A stretch of 30,614 nt of DNA, counting the filler, from a bacterium (GTDB lineage Bacteria; JADJOY01), in NCBI GenBank assembly GCA_046331705.1. It is 3 parts of 3 records of this genome, joined end to end, with 100 filler letters (N's around TTAATTAATTAA, not from the genome) between each part and the next. Parts side by side here need not be neighbours in the genome. Positions count along the whole stretch, not along the records: positions 4,049 to 24,025 come from JAXLQJ010000117.1; positions 24,126 to 30,614 come from JAXLQJ010000118.1; 1 more part is not named here. One strand, 5' to 3'. Position 1 is the stretch's first letter. Every line of letters begins with the position of its first letter. The notes beneath the pieces were generated by a model that was not told where the DNA came from, did not search any database, and saw only the letters and a list, made by a program, of their open reading frames with translations. Below are positions 9,131 to 24,166 of the stretch, one piece after another. A program made the translations under genes and the position numbers.

Positions 9131-9846
9131 GCGAGCCCAAAGTCGCGTTGTACGAGTTCATGCCCTACGGGGCACCCGAACTCCTCGAGGTCGCGAAGAA
9201 GTACCTGACTCGGGCGCTGACGGTCGCGATGAGCGCGCTCATCGTGATCTTCCTGGCACTGCTCGCGCTCGGGTACTACATGTCGCACCGGCAGGAGAAG
9301 GTCGTGCCCGTCGTGGTGCCGTATCGCGAACTCCAGGCGCCCCCGCCGCTGACGGACGCCGCGCCGCCGCCGAAGGTCCAGGTGGCGACGCAGGTGGCTC
9401 CGCCTTCGGCGGCCATCCCCGTGCCCGTCCCGGACGCGGAGGCTCCGCAAGAGCAGACGATCGCGTCGCAGGAGGAACTCTCCGCGGTTTCCGGCAGCAG
9501 CGCGGGAACCGAGGGCGACAACATCGTCGTGGCTCCGCCCGAGGAAGACGCCATGCCCAGCTTCGGCGAGTACGTCTACACGGACGAACTCCCGGAGAAG
9601 ATCACGCACGTGCAGCCGGTCTACCCGGACATCGCGCGCGAGGCGGGCGTGGACGGAACCGTGATGGTGCAGGCGCTGGTCGGCAAGGACGGCCGCGTGA
9701 AGGACGTGCGCGTCGTCAAGTCCATCCCGATGCTCGACGCCGCGGCGCTCGCGGCGGTGAAGCAGTGGGTGTTCAAGCCGGCGCTTTCCAACAACAAGCC
9801 CGTCGCCGTGTGGGTGGGCTGCCCGGTGAAGTTCTCGCTGCGCTGA
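9127..9846 (+). CDS. tonB: Energy transducer TonB
   Basis: ATGA overlap with exbD2. Single TM helix, Pro-rich linker, and TonB_C domain (PVYPDIAREAGVDGTVMVQALVGKDGRV...WVFKPA). Confidence 0.92.
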   Translation: MSEPKVALYEFMPYGAPELLEVAKKYLTRALTVAMSALIVIFLALLALGYYMSHRQEKVVPVVVPYRELQAPPPLTDAAPPPKVQVATQVAPPSAAIPVPVPDAEAPQEQTIASQEELSAVSGSSAGTEGDNIVVAPPEEDAMPSFGEYVYTDELPEKITHVQPVYPDIAREAGVDGTVMVQALVGKDGRVKDVRVVKSIPMLDAAALAAVKQWVFKPALSNNKPVAVWVGCPVKFSLR

Positions 9847-9867
9847 CCGCACCGGGGAAATGGCATG

Positions 9868-9909
9868 GCGGCGCATCCGTCTTCACGGACGGGTGCGCCG
9901 TCCGCTTTC
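9868..9909 (+). terminator. Stem-loop after tonB, probable intrinsic terminator
   Basis: GGCGGCGCATCCGTC-TTCACG-GACGGGTGCGCCGTC (15-bp stem with G-U pairs), followed by a weak U tract (CGCTTTC). Confidence 0.55.
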
Positions 9910-9971
9910 GGTGCGCAGGGGCGCGCGGGACCGCGTCGGTCGGGCATTTCCCGCGCCGGTGGCGCGTGGGT

Positions 9972-10000
9972 TTGACCCTTGCGTGAGCGCTCCCTAACTT
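9972..10000 (+). promoter_or_regulatory. Sigma70-type promoter for the Yip1-TolC-ABC operon
   Basis: TTGACC (9972-9977), 17-bp spacer, TAACTT (9995-10000), about 55 nt upstream of the ATG in otherwise very GC-rich DNA. Confidence 0.6.
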
Positions 10001-10054
10001 GCGGGTGATTGCCCCCCTTCACAGTCACGTCCCCGTTCCGGAGTGGGTGTTGCC

Positions 10055-10816
10055 ATGACCGTCGATCTCTCGCCCGAAGCGCCGGCGGCCCCGTCGGCCG
10101 CGGTGCGGCTTTCCCCGTGGGAACGCGCGCGGCGCGTGTTCGTCTCTCCCTCGTCGGCGTGGGAAGGTCTCGAGGAGCAGGTGCAGTGGTGGATTCCGCT
10201 CGTCGCGACCTTGCTCATGGCGATCGGTGTCTTCCTGCTGCTGTACGAACGCGCCTACCTGCCCATGATGCTGGACCAGATGGACCAGCAGGTGGTCAAC
10301 GGCCAGTTGACGGCGGACCAGGTGGATCGGATGGAGCAGGTGTATTCCGGTCGCATGGCCATGTCGCTGATCGCCGCGAGCCAGTTGGTCGCCGTGACCG
10401 TCGTGATGCTGGTGGGAGCGCTGGTCGTGTGGTTCGGTGTGGGCTTCGTGCTCGGGGCGCGCTTCCGCTACCGGCTCGCGCTGGAGGCGGTCTGTTGGGC
10501 GAACCTCGTCACGTTGCCGAGCTACCTGCTGATGGCCGCGATGGCGTGGTCCCAGGAGACCATGAAGGGCGTCCACCTGGGGCTGGCAGCACTGCTGCCG
10601 CACGCCGACACGCCCTCGAAGCTGGAAGTCGGGCTGACGGTGTTCCTGGACGCGATCAGCCCGTTCGCCGCGTGGAACATGTTCGTCCTGATCATCGCCA
10701 GCAGCATCCTGAGCCGGGCGCCGCGCCGCAACGTCGCGTGGGTGCTCGTCTCGCTCTATCTCGCGCTCTTCGCCATCGGCGCCGCGGTCGCGGCCATGAT
10801 GACGCCCGGCGCGTGA
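10055..10816 (+). CDS. Yip1-domain membrane protein (YknW-like)
   Basis: RVFVSPSSAWEGL..WWIPL Yip1 opening and about five hydrophobic segments. ATG 10055 after GGAG. Confidence 0.82.
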   Translation: MTVDLSPEAPAAPSAAVRLSPWERARRVFVSPSSAWEGLEEQVQWWIPLVATLLMAIGVFLLLYERAYLPMMLDQMDQQVVNGQLTADQVDRMEQVYSGRMAMSLIAASQLVAVTVVMLVGALVVWFGVGFVLGARFRYRLALEAVCWANLVTLPSYLLMAAMAWSQETMKGVHLGLAALLPHADTPSKLEVGLTVFLDAISPFAAWNMFVLIIASSILSRAPRRNVAWVLVSLYLALFAIGAAVAAMMTPGA

Positions 10817-10901
10817 GTCCCTGCAACCTCGCCTGCTCGGTCGGCGTAGACCGGCGCGTGCCCCGAGCGGGGCGCACGCCCGCCGACTCCGGACCGGAGG
10901 A

Positions 10902-12224
10902 ATGATGATTCGCCAGATTGCCTCGGCTCTTCTTCTCGCACTCGCCGTGACCGCCCCCCAGGCCCGGGCTGCCACCGGTGGCCCCATGACGGCCGACCAG
11001 GCCGTCCAGATCGCCCTTCGCCAGGGCACCCAGGCCATCCAGGCCGAAGCCTCGCTGCTCGACGCCCGCTCCGGGCTGTGGAGCGCCTACTCGGGCGTGC
11101 TCCCGCACGTCTCCGCCGACGCGTCACGCTCGGGCGGGAAGACCCGCGAGAGCTCTCCGTCGGGAATCACGGATGACCGCGGCTACAATGGCTCCTACGG
11201 CCTGAGCGGCAGCTGGGGTGTGCTGAACCTGTCGTCGTGGGCGTCCGTGAGTTCGGCGCGCCGTGGTTCGGCCGCCGCGAAGTACGAGCGTGCCGCGACG
11301 CGTGCGCAGATCGTGCTCGACACGAAGCGGCAGTTCTACGAAGTCGTGAAGTCCATGCACCTGGCTCGCGTGTCCGCGCAGGCGCTCAAGCTTTCGCGGG
11401 ATGACGAACGGCGCGTGCGCGCGCTGTACGAAGTCGGCTCGGTGTCGAAGAGCGACCTCCTCAAGGCGCGGGTGCGGACTTCGCAGAGCGAACTCGACTC
11501 GCTGGTCGCGGACCACAACGTCACCGCGCAGCGGGTGCGGCTCGCCACCCAGCTCGGCCTGTCCGAGTCGGCGCTGGGGGACGTGGATTCCACGCTCTCG
11601 ACGGCGACGGCGGGGGCCGATGCCGCGGCGATCATGGCCGAGGCGCGCACGAACCGGCCGGACGTGAAGGCCGCCGAGGCGTCGTACGCGAGCGCCCAGT
11701 GGCGCCTGCGCTCCGTGCAGCTGTCGCGCCTGCCGAGCGTGTCGGCGACGGGTTCGTACACGCCGAAGTCGGTGTCCAGCTCGAGCTACGTCTCGCCGAT
11801 CGACGGCCCGCAGAGCGGCAGTGGCTGGGCGAAGGGCGACATGAGCGGCCGGCTCGCGCTGAGCATGAGCCTGTTCGACGGACTCGCCACCGAGGCGCGC
11901 GTCGCTTCGGCGCGGGCAGGAGAAATGCGCGCGCGTGAAACCCGGGACGCGCTGCTCCGTAATCTCGACAGCGAGGTGCGCATCGCGGTGCTCGGCTACA
12001 CCGAGGCCACGGAGCGCGAGTCGCTCGCCCGCCGGACGCTCGAGTCGGCGAGCGAGAACCTCAACCTCGTGCAGCAGAAGTACAACGTCGGGTCGGCGAC
12101 CATCCTCGACCTCATCGATTCCCAGGTGCAGCTGCAGCGTGCCCAGAGTGATCTCGTTTCCGCCATGGCCGCGATTCGCGTGGCCGAAGCGGAACTCGAC
12201 CAGGTCCGCGGCCGCGGCGAGTGA
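10902..12224 (+). CDS. TolC-family outer-membrane efflux protein
   Basis: Signal peptide and two OEP repeats (YEVGSVSKSDLLKAR; KYNVGSATILDLIDSQ). NRPDVKAAE. Confidence 0.92.
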   Translation: MMIRQIASALLLALAVTAPQARAATGGPMTADQAVQIALRQGTQAIQAEASLLDARSGLWSAYSGVLPHVSADASRSGGKTRESSPSGITDDRGYNGSYGLSGSWGVLNLSSWASVSSARRGSAAAKYERAATRAQIVLDTKRQFYEVVKSMHLARVSAQALKLSRDDERRVRALYEVGSVSKSDLLKARVRTSQSELDSLVADHNVTAQRVRLATQLGLSESALGDVDSTLSTATAGADAAAIMAEARTNRPDVKAAEASYASAQWRLRSVQLSRLPSVSATGSYTPKSVSSSSYVSPIDGPQSGSGWAKGDMSGRLALSMSLFDGLATEARVASARAGEMRARETRDALLRNLDSEVRIAVLGYTEATERESLARRTLESASENLNLVQQKYNVGSATILDLIDSQVQLQRAQSDLVSAMAAIRVAEAELDQVRGRGE

Positions 12225-12246
12225 CGCGAAAGGAAGCAGGACACCC

Positions 12247-13530
12247 ATGAACAAGAAGGCGCTGCTGTGGGGCATCCTCGGCCTCGTCGTGGTGGGCGGC
12301 CTGACGGCTGCCGGCATCGCGAACAACGCCCGCAGCAAGGTCCAGTCCGTCCAGCTCGCCCGCGTGCGGCGTGAGGACATCACGTCGCAGGTGCGCGCGC
12401 CGGGCAAGATCGAGCCGAAGACGCAGGTCAAGATCAGCGCGGACATCGTGGGCAAGATCGTGGGCCTGTACGTCAAGGAAGGCGATCGCGTCCGCAAGGA
12501 CCAGCTCATGCTCCAGCTCGACGACACGCAGTACCGCAGCGCCCACGCCCAGACGCGGGCCGGGCTCGCGGCGGCGCAGGCGCGGCTGCGTGAAGCGCAG
12601 TCGGCGATGCGTGTGAACGAGGCGAACTTCGCCCGCCAGCGCCAGCTGTACGACCAGAAGCTGCTTTCGACCGCCGAATGGGAGCAGGCGCAGAACGCCC
12701 ACGAGGGCGCGCGCGTGGCTGTGGCCACGGCGCAAGAGGACGCCACGCGGGCGGCGGCGGCGCTCGACGCGGCCGCGGACAACCTGCGCAAGTGCCGCTT
12801 TCTCGCACCGTTCGACGGTGTCGTGAGCGCGCTGAACGTGGAGGCCGGCGAGAACGTGATTCCCGGCACCATGAACAACATCGGCACCGAGATCCTCGTG
12901 GTGTCCGACCTGTCGCGCATGCTCGTCCGGGCCGACGTGGACGAGACCGACGTCGTGGACATGCGACTCGGCCAGCACACGAAGATCTCCGTGGACGCGT
13001 TCCCGGACACCACGTTCCCGGGGACCGTCACCGAGATCGGCAACACGGCCAAGCGTTCGATCACGTCCACGGTGGACGGCCAGACGAACTTCGAAGTGAA
13101 GGTCGTGTTCGACCAGAACGTGCCCGAAGTGCGTCCCGGCATGACCGCCGACGTCGAGATCGCGACCGGCACGCATGCCCAGGCCCTGGTCGTCCCGATC
13201 CAGGCCGTCGTGGTGCGCACCGAGCGCGAACTCGAGCGCGCGGCGAAGAAGGGCAACGCCAAGGATCGCGCGGCGCGGCGCGCCGCCGCCACGGCCGACG
13301 AGGACACGGTGGGCCGTCGCGACAAGGAAATCACGGGCGTGTTCGTCGTGCGCAACCAGGTCGCGACGTTCGTGCCGGTGCGGACGGGCCTCGCGAGCGA
13401 GACCATGATCGAGGTGTTCGGCGACCTGAAGGAGACCGACACAGTGGTGTCCGGTCCCTACAAGGCGCTGCGCGAACTCAAGCCGGGCGGCAAGGTGAAG
13501 AAGGAAGCCGCCGCGAAGGGGAAGAAGTGA
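12247..13530 (+). CDS. Periplasmic adaptor (MFP, MacA/HlyD family)
   Basis: N-terminal anchor, lipoyl halves ([30 protein letters not shown]), coiled hairpin, and [10 protein letters not shown]. Start ATG 12247. Confidence 0.92.
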   Translation: MNKKALLWGILGLVVVGGLTAAGIANNARSKVQSVQLARVRREDITSQVRAPGKIEPKTQVKISADIVGKIVGLYVKEGDRVRKDQLMLQLDDTQYRSAHAQTRAGLAAAQARLREAQSAMRVNEANFARQRQLYDQKLLSTAEWEQAQNAHEGARVAVATAQEDATRAAAALDAAADNLRKCRFLAPFDGVVSALNVEAGENVIPGTMNNIGTEILVVSDLSRMLVRADVDETDVVDMRLGQHTKISVDAFPDTTFPGTVTEIGNTAKRSITSTVDGQTNFEVKVVFDQNVPEVRPGMTADVEIATGTHAQALVVPIQAVVVRTERELERAAKKGNAKDRAARRAAATADEDTVGRRDKEITGVFVVRNQVATFVPVRTGLASETMIEVFGDLKETDTVVSGPYKALRELKPGGKVKKEAAAKGKK

Positions 13531-14254
13531 GCGACTCCGGTGCGTTGATCGCCATTCGCGGGCTGCATCGCGTCTACCAGGTGGGCGACCAGGAAGTCCG
13601 CGCGCTCGACGGCGTGGACCTGGACATCCGTGCGAACGAGTACGTCGCCATCATGGGGCCGTCGGGCTCGGGCAAGTCCACCCTCATGAACATCCTCGGC
13701 TGCCTCGACACGCCGTCCCTGGGATCCTACCGGCTCAAGGACGCCGAGATCGCGAAGATGTCCGACGACGAGCTCGCGCGGATCCGCAACCAGGAGATCG
13801 GCTTCGTCTTCCAGACGTTCAACCTGCTGCCGCGCGCGGATGCGCTTCACAACGTCGAGCTTCCGCTCGTGTACGCCGGCCTCAAGCACGAGGAGCGGCG
13901 CGCACGCGCGAAGCAGGCGCTGGAGACCGTCGGCTTGGGCGAACGCATGAAGCACCGGCCGAACGAACTGTCGGGCGGCCAGCGTCAGCGCGTGGCGATC
14001 GCGCGCGCCCTCGTGAACCGGCCCAGCATCATCCTCGCCGACGAACCGACCGGTAATCTCGATTCGCGGACGGGCGAGGAGATCATGACGGCGTTCGAGA
14101 ACATCTGGAAGCAGGGCAACACGGTGATCCTCGTGACGCACGAAGCCGACATCGCGGAGCACGCGCGGCGGATCGTGCGCATGAAGGACGGCCGGATCGA
14201 GAGCGACGTCGTGAACCCGCACCCGCGTACGGTCTCGGGGGCGGCGGCCCACGC

Positions 14255-14258
<4 letters not shown>
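13527..14258 (+). CDS. ABC ATP-binding protein (MacB/LolD family)
   Basis: GTGA overlap with the MFP stop. Walker A GPSGSGKS, signature LSGGQRQR, Walker [17 protein letters not shown]. Confidence 0.95.
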
Positions 14259-15472
<1,214 letters not shown>

Positions 15473-15476
15473 CGTC

Positions 15477-16748
15477 ATGACCACGCTCGCACTGCTTCGG
15501 GAAACGTTCGACATGGCGCGCGGCGCGCTCGTGGCCAACCGGCTGCGCTCGCTGCTCGCGCTGCTCGGCGTGGTGATCGGCGTCGCCACGGTGATCGGCA
15601 TGGTCGCACTCATCAACGGCTTCCAGCGCCAGTTCGCGCAGAACATCCAGTCGATCGGCAACAACACGATCTACATCCGCCGCATCCGGCCCGGCGTGAA
15701 CTTCTCGAACGAGATCCCGGATTCGCTGAAGCAGCGCAAGGCCTTCACGATGGAGGACGCGCGCGCGATCCTGGACCGCGCCCCCTCGGTCAAGGCGATC
15801 GCGCCGTTCAAGTTTCCCTACGACAACATCCGCCTCGGCTACCGCGAGAAGCTCACGAAGGCGACCTTCGTGTACGGCACGAACGACCAGTACCTGATCG
15901 CGCACAACTACGACCTCGCGAACGGCCGCTTCTTCACGCCGCAGGAGGTCGCCGAGAACGCGAACGTCGTGGTGATCGGCAAGGACACGCGCGAGGCGCT
16001 CTTCGGTGACGCCGCCGGCATCGGCCGCACGGTGCGCCTGAACGGCATCCCGTTCACGGTGATCGGCGAGTTCGAGAAGAAGGGCAAGATGCTCGGCAAC
16101 AACTTCGACGAGGTGGCGTGCGTGCCGTACACGGTGATGGACAAGTACTGGTCCGCCCCGTACAACGCGCCACCGTGGTTCCCGAAGAAGGGCGAGCTGT
16201 TCCTCGACGCGACCGCGGTGTCGCCCGAGCTCAGCGCCAAGGCGGTGCAGGAGATCAGCGAGGTGCTGCGCGTGCGCCGGCACCTGCCGAGCAACAAGCT
16301 CAACGACTTCGCGATCTTCACCGACGACGCGTTCCTGTCGCTCTACAACACCGTCACGGGCGGCATCTTCGCGCTCATGACGCTCGTGGCGTCCATCTCG
16401 CTGCTCGTCGGCGGCATCGGCGTCATGAACATCATGCTCGTCGCCGTGACCGAGCGCACCCGCGAGATCGGCGTCCGCAAGGCGCTCGGCGCACCACGCC
16501 GCGCGATCCTGATGCAGTTCCTGGTCGAGGCCGTGCTGCTCACCGGGCTCGGCGGGCTCACGGGAATCGTGATCGGCGCCGGCATCTCGTTCCTCGTGAA
16601 GGCGGTGAGCCCGCTGCCGACCTACGTGAGCGCCTGGTCCGTGGTGACGGCGCTGCTGTTCTCCGCGGTCGTCGGCGTGTTCTTCGGGCTCTATCCGGCC
16701 ATGCGCGCGTCGCGTCTCGATCCGGTGGAATCCCTGCGCTACGAGTGA
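15477..16748 (+). CDS. MacB/FtsX-family ABC permease 2
   Basis: RSLLALLGVVIGVATV, GGIGVMNIMLVAVTERTREIGVRKALGA, LDPVESLRYE. Confidence 0.95.
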   Translation: MTTLALLRETFDMARGALVANRLRSLLALLGVVIGVATVIGMVALINGFQRQFAQNIQSIGNNTIYIRRIRPGVNFSNEIPDSLKQRKAFTMEDARAILDRAPSVKAIAPFKFPYDNIRLGYREKLTKATFVYGTNDQYLIAHNYDLANGRFFTPQEVAENANVVVIGKDTREALFGDAAGIGRTVRLNGIPFTVIGEFEKKGKMLGNNFDEVACVPYTVMDKYWSAPYNAPPWFPKKGELFLDATAVSPELSAKAVQEISEVLRVRRHLPSNKLNDFAIFTDDAFLSLYNTVTGGIFALMTLVASISLLVGGIGVMNIMLVAVTERTREIGVRKALGAPRRAILMQFLVEAVLLTGLGGLTGIVIGAGISFLVKAVSPLPTYVSAWSVVTALLFSAVVGVFFGLYPAMRASRLDPVESLRYE

Positions 16749-16770
16749 CGGTCGCGCGACGCGGGCGGTC

Positions 16771-16779
16771 TGGTAAAGT
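16771..16779 (+). promoter_or_regulatory. Extended -10 element just upstream of uvrA
   Basis: TGGTAAAGT (TGn-TAnnnT) ends 9 nt before the ATG. No Shine-Dalgarno in between. Confidence 0.45.
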
Positions 16780-16788
16780 GCCGCGGCC

Positions 16789-19661
<2,873 letters not shown>

Positions 19662-19665
<4 letters not shown>

Positions 19666-20762
19666 ATGCCGACACGATGACGGCGGAAGCCACGAGCACT
19701 CGAACTCGCGCCAAGACCATGCGCGCGATCGTCAAGACACAGGCGGCCGAAGGCGCGGAGATCCGCGAAGTCCCGGTGCCGTCGCCCGGACCCGGCGAGA
19801 TCCTGTTGAAGGTGAAACGGGCCGGTGTCTGCGGCACCGATCTCCACATCTGGACCTGGGACCGCTGGGCGCAGTCCCGCATGAAGCCGCCCGTCACGAT
19901 CGGGCACGAGTTCGTGGGCGAGGTCGTCGAGCTGGGCACGGGTGTCACGAACGTGCGGCTCGGCGACCTCGTCTCGTGTGAGAGCCACGTCGTCTGCAAC
20001 ACGTGCCTCTCGTGCCGCACGGGCAACGGGCACGTCTGCGAGAACACGAAGATCCTCGGCGTGGACATCAACGGCGGCTTCGCCGAGTACGTCGCCGTGC
20101 CCGCGGTCAACGCATGGCAGGTGCCGCGGAACATCCCGATCGAGATGGCGGCCTGCATGGAGCCTTGCGGGAACGCCGTGCACACGGCGTTCGCCGGCCC
20201 GCTCTCGGGCTGCAACATCGCGGTCACCGGTTGCGGCCCGATCGGGCTGTTCGCGATCGGCGTCGCCCGCGCCGCGGGCGCGGCCCGCGTATTCGCGTCC
20301 GACGTGTCGCCCTACCGGCTCGACCTCGCGCGCAAGATGAACGCCGACGCCGTCATCGACGTGTCCAAGGAGAACTTCGTGGACCGCGTGAACGAGCTGA
20401 CGCACGGCCGCGGCCTCGACGGCGTGCTCGAGATGTCGGGCCACCCCGCGGCCATGCGTGACGGTCTCGCCGCGCTGCGCATGGGCGGCCGCATGTCGCT
20501 GCTCGGCCTGCCGACCGAACCGTTCGAGCTCGACTGGAACCGGCTCCTGATCTTCAAGGGCATCACGCTGCACGGCATCATCGGCCGGCGCATGTACGAC
20601 ACCTGGTACCAGATGGACCAGCTCATGGGCTCGGGGCGCCTCGACATCCGTCCGGCCATCACGCACGTGATGGACATGGAGAAGTTCGAGACCGCGATCG
20701 GGCTGCTGCGCGAAGGCAAGGCGGGCAAGGTCGTGCTGGTGCCGTGGGGCGAGAAGGCCTAG
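19662..20762 (+). CDS. tdh: L-threonine 3-dehydrogenase
   Basis: [21 protein letters not shown], structural-Zn Cys cluster, [17 protein letters not shown]. Adjacent to kbl. ATG 19662 overlaps the uvrA stop; two further in-frame ATGs downstream are alternative starts. Confidence 0.95.
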
Positions 20763-20772
20763 GGAGGCGGCG

Positions 20773-21978
20773 ATGTTCGACACCATGAAGCCCATGCTCG
20801 AGGCGGAACTGCAGAAGATCCGCGACGCGGGCCTGTACAAGAACGAGCGCGTGATCGCGTCCCCGCAGGGCGCGCAGGTCACGCTCGAGGACGGCCGCGA
20901 GGTGATCGTGTTCTGCGCGAACAACTACCTCGGGCTCTCGAGCCACCCACGCGTCATCGCGGCGGCGCACCGCGCGCTCGATTCGCACGGCTACGGCATG
21001 TCGTCCGTGCGCTTCATCTGCGGCACGCAGGACCTGCACAAGCAGCTCGAACGACGCATTTCGGAGTTCCTCGGCACCGAGGACACGATCCTGTACGCGG
21101 CGTGCTTCGACGCCAACGGCGGCGTGTTCGAGCCGCTGCTCGGCGAGGCCGACGCGATCATCTCCGACGAGCTCAATCACGCGTCCATCATCGACGGCAT
21201 CCGGCTCTGCAAGGCACAGCGCTGGCGCTACAAGACCAACGACATGCCCGACCTCGAACGCTGCCTGAAGGAGGCGGTGGACAAGGGTTGCCCCCAGAAG
21301 CTGGTGGTGACCGACGGTGCGTTCAGCATGGACGGCACCGTGGCGAACCTGAAGGCGATCGTCGAGCTGGCCGAGAAGTACGGCGCCATGGTGATGACGG
21401 ACGAATGCCATACGCTGGGGTTCGTGGGACGCACCGGCCGCGGCACTCCGGAACTGCACGGCGTGCAGGGCCGCGTGGACATCATCACCGGGACGCTCGG
21501 CAAGGCGCTCGGCGGGGCGCTCGGCGGCTTCACGTCGGGCCGTCGTGAGATCGTCGCCATGCTGCGCCAGCGTTCGCGCCCGTACCTGTTCAGCAACGCG
21601 CTGCCGCCGGCCGTGGTGGGGGCGAGCCTCGAGGTGCTCGACCTGCTGACCGAGACCACGGCACTGCGCGACCGGCTCGAGGCGAACACGAAGCGGTTCC
21701 GCCAGGGCATGGCGGCGGCGGGCTTCGAACTCAAGCCCGGCGACCATCCGATCGTGCCGATCATGCTGTACGAGGAAAAACTGGCCCACGACATGGCCGC
21801 GCGGCTCCTGGAGAAGGGCATCTACGTGATCGGTTTCTCGTTTCCGGTGGTGCCGAGAGGGCAGGCGCGCATCCGCGTCCAGCTCTCGGCGGCGCACACC
21901 GACGAGCAGATCGACCGGGCCATCGCGGCATTCACGGAGGTGGGTCGTGACCTGGGGGTGCTGGCGGGAAATCGCTGA
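20773..21978 (+). CDS. kbl: Glycine C-acetyltransferase (2-amino-3-ketobutyrate CoA ligase)
   Basis: [33 protein letters not shown] Lys in [36 protein letters not shown]. Confidence 0.97.
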   Translation: MFDTMKPMLEAELQKIRDAGLYKNERVIASPQGAQVTLEDGREVIVFCANNYLGLSSHPRVIAAAHRALDSHGYGMSSVRFICGTQDLHKQLERRISEFLGTEDTILYAACFDANGGVFEPLLGEADAIISDELNHASIIDGIRLCKAQRWRYKTNDMPDLERCLKEAVDKGCPQKLVVTDGAFSMDGTVANLKAIVELAEKYGAMVMTDECHTLGFVGRTGRGTPELHGVQGRVDIITGTLGKALGGALGGFTSGRREIVAMLRQRSRPYLFSNALPPAVVGASLEVLDLLTETTALRDRLEANTKRFRQGMAAAGFELKPGDHPIVPIMLYEEKLAHDMAARLLEKGIYVIGFSFPVVPRGQARIRVQLSAAHTDEQIDRAIAAFTEVGRDLGVLAGNR

Positions 21979-22006
21979 CCGCCGGAACTCCTCGGAGGGC
22001 AGGAGA

Positions 22007-22040
22007 GAGGCGCCGGGCCACGGTCCGGCGCTTCTTCATT
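22007..22040 (+). terminator. Intrinsic terminator after kbl
   Basis: GAGGCGCCGGGC-CACG-GTCCGGCGCTTC 12-bp stem followed by TTCATT. Confidence 0.7.
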
Positions 22041-22275
22041 CGGGATTGCGGTGCTGAACGATGATTGGTGTGGAAAAACTGTCGTCAATAGCGACATTTC
22101 ATTTCAAGGTGGCACCGTTTACCCTTCTGTCAGCGGTTCTTGTCATCGGCGTGACCGATGACAGATTCTCGTCCCGACTCGTTCCCCACGAACGGCTCGC
22201 AACCGTTTGCCCGCGTGCGGATCCCGTCCGCGATCCCTCATGCGGGTGCTCCACGAATCGTCTACGGGAGGATTC

Positions 22276-24025
22276 ATGCACCTCGTCACCATGCACCGAC
22301 GCTTCGCGATTGCGACCCTGCTCGCCTTCGCCGGGCTCGCCGGCGCGTTGTCGCTCGTCACCCCGGCGGCCGCGCAGGACGAAGCCCCGGTCTACGGACG
22401 CGATTACCGTCCGCAGATCGTCGAGTACAAGAAGCAGCAGCTGCAGGAAGAGTTCCGCATGGAACAGAAGGAGCGCCGCGAGCGCGCCGAAGCCGCTCGC
22501 CGCGCCGCGCGGAACAAGGGCCGCAAGGGTGCGCAGGTGCGCCGTGCGGAAGAAGCCATGCTGAACTCGGACGTCGTCGCGGGCGCGCATCGCGCCTCCA
22601 CGCCGTTCGGCGTGGATCGCATCTCGGCGATCCCGCTCAACACCAAGGCCAACGACAAGACCGCCGACGCCGCAGGCGCGGGCCAGGCCGAGCAGCACGC
22701 GGTCTTCCAGGGCCTGAACGGCCTGTGTGCGTGGAACGACGGCCAGGGCTTCAACCTGACCCCGCAGGACGTGCAGGGCTACGGCTACACCACCAACGGT
22801 GGCGCCACGTGGACCGACGGCGGCATCCCGCCCAAGACCGCGTCCATCAGCACGTGGACGTCGGACCCGGTCGTCGGGCTGAACGAGAAGACCAGCAACT
22901 TCTACTACTGCGGCCTCATCTCCGGCCCGTCGTCCACGAACGGTGTCGCCGTCGTGCGCGGCACGTTCTCGGGCGCCTCGTTCAACTGGGCGACGCCGGT
23001 CGTCGTCGTGAGCGGCGCGAGCAGCAGCGCGGCCTACGACAAGCAGTGGTTCGTCGCGGACTCGCTGACGGGCAATCTCTACGTCACGTACACCAAGTTC
23101 GTCGTCGGTGGCGCGCACATCTGGTTCCAGCGCTCGACCGACAACGGCGCCACGTGGAGCACGCCGCTGCAGATCAGCGCGACGGCCGACAACAACCTCG
23201 TGCAGGGTTCGCGTCCGTGCGTCGGGCCGAACGGCGAGGTCTACGTCGTGTACTACGCGATCGGCACGGTGAACGACTACGACTACATGAAGGTCCGCAA
23301 GTCCACGGACGGCGGCCTGACGTTCGGCGCCGAAGTCACCGCGGCGAGCCTGCTGACGAACTTCGGCACGGGCGCCCCCGGCTTCAACCGTGAGCGCGGC
23401 ATCACCATGCCGAGCATCGCGGTGGATCGCTCGACCGGCCCGAACCGCGGCCGCGTGTACGTCTCCTACAATGAGACGATCGACTGGTACCAGGACGCGC
23501 TCGGCGGCGGTGGCTCGAAGAGCGAAGTCGAGAACAACGGCAACTTCGCGAACGCCACGCCGTTCACGATCGGCCAGACGATCCGCGGCGCGCAGAGCAC
23601 CACGTCGGACACCGACAACTGGAAGTTCGCGGCGGTGCAGGGTTCCACCTACGTCTTCTGGGTGGATTCGCTGCGCTCGACGCTGCGCTACACGATCCGC
23701 ATCTACTGCCCGAACGACACCGTCGCCGTCTCGCGCATCGCGATGGGCGGCAACGCGTCCACCGCGGGCCAGCAGGGCTTCATCGTGTGGACCGCGCCCT
23801 CCACGGCGACCTACTACTTCCGTTGGGCGCCGGGCGGCGCCGGCACGTCGGCCGGCTACCGCATCCGCACCGGCGTGCACACGCCGTACGTGCTGGACGT
23901 GGCGCGCGACCAGCGTGACGCCATGGTCGTGTCCTCGCCCGACGGCCTCACGTGGGGCCCGCCGGTCCGCATGAACGACGACGCGGCGCTCTACGACCAG
24001 TACCTGCCCGAAGTCGGCGTGGGCG
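22276..24025 (+). CDS. Secreted BNR/Asp-box beta-propeller (sialidase-fold) protein with inserted PPC-like domain; 3' truncated
   Basis: GGGAGG RBS and signal peptide ending PAAA-Q. Asp-boxes TTNGGATW, STDNGATW, STDGGLTF, SPDGLTW. Segment EVENNGNFANAT...DTDNWKF...ATYYFR resembles a pre-peptidase C-terminal module. Confidence 0.8.
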
Positions 24026-24125
24026 NNNNNNNNNNNNNNNNNNNNNNNNNNNNNNNNNNNNNNNNNNNNTTAATTAATTAANNNNNNNNNNNNNNNNNNN
24101 NNNNNNNNNNNNNNNNNNNNNNNNN
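24026..24125. other. Artificial contig linker
   Basis: N44 + TTAATTAATTAA + N44. Confidence 0.98.
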
Positions 24126-24166
24126 GGCCGGAGGCCGAGGATCCGCCAGGAGACCGCTTCCCGCCA

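Noticed and set aside
22110-22145. Sigma54 promoter (TGGCAC) or Pho box (CTGTCA/TTGTCA)
   Set aside because: No TTGC at the -12 position, and the TGTCA units are 13 nt apart rather than 11.
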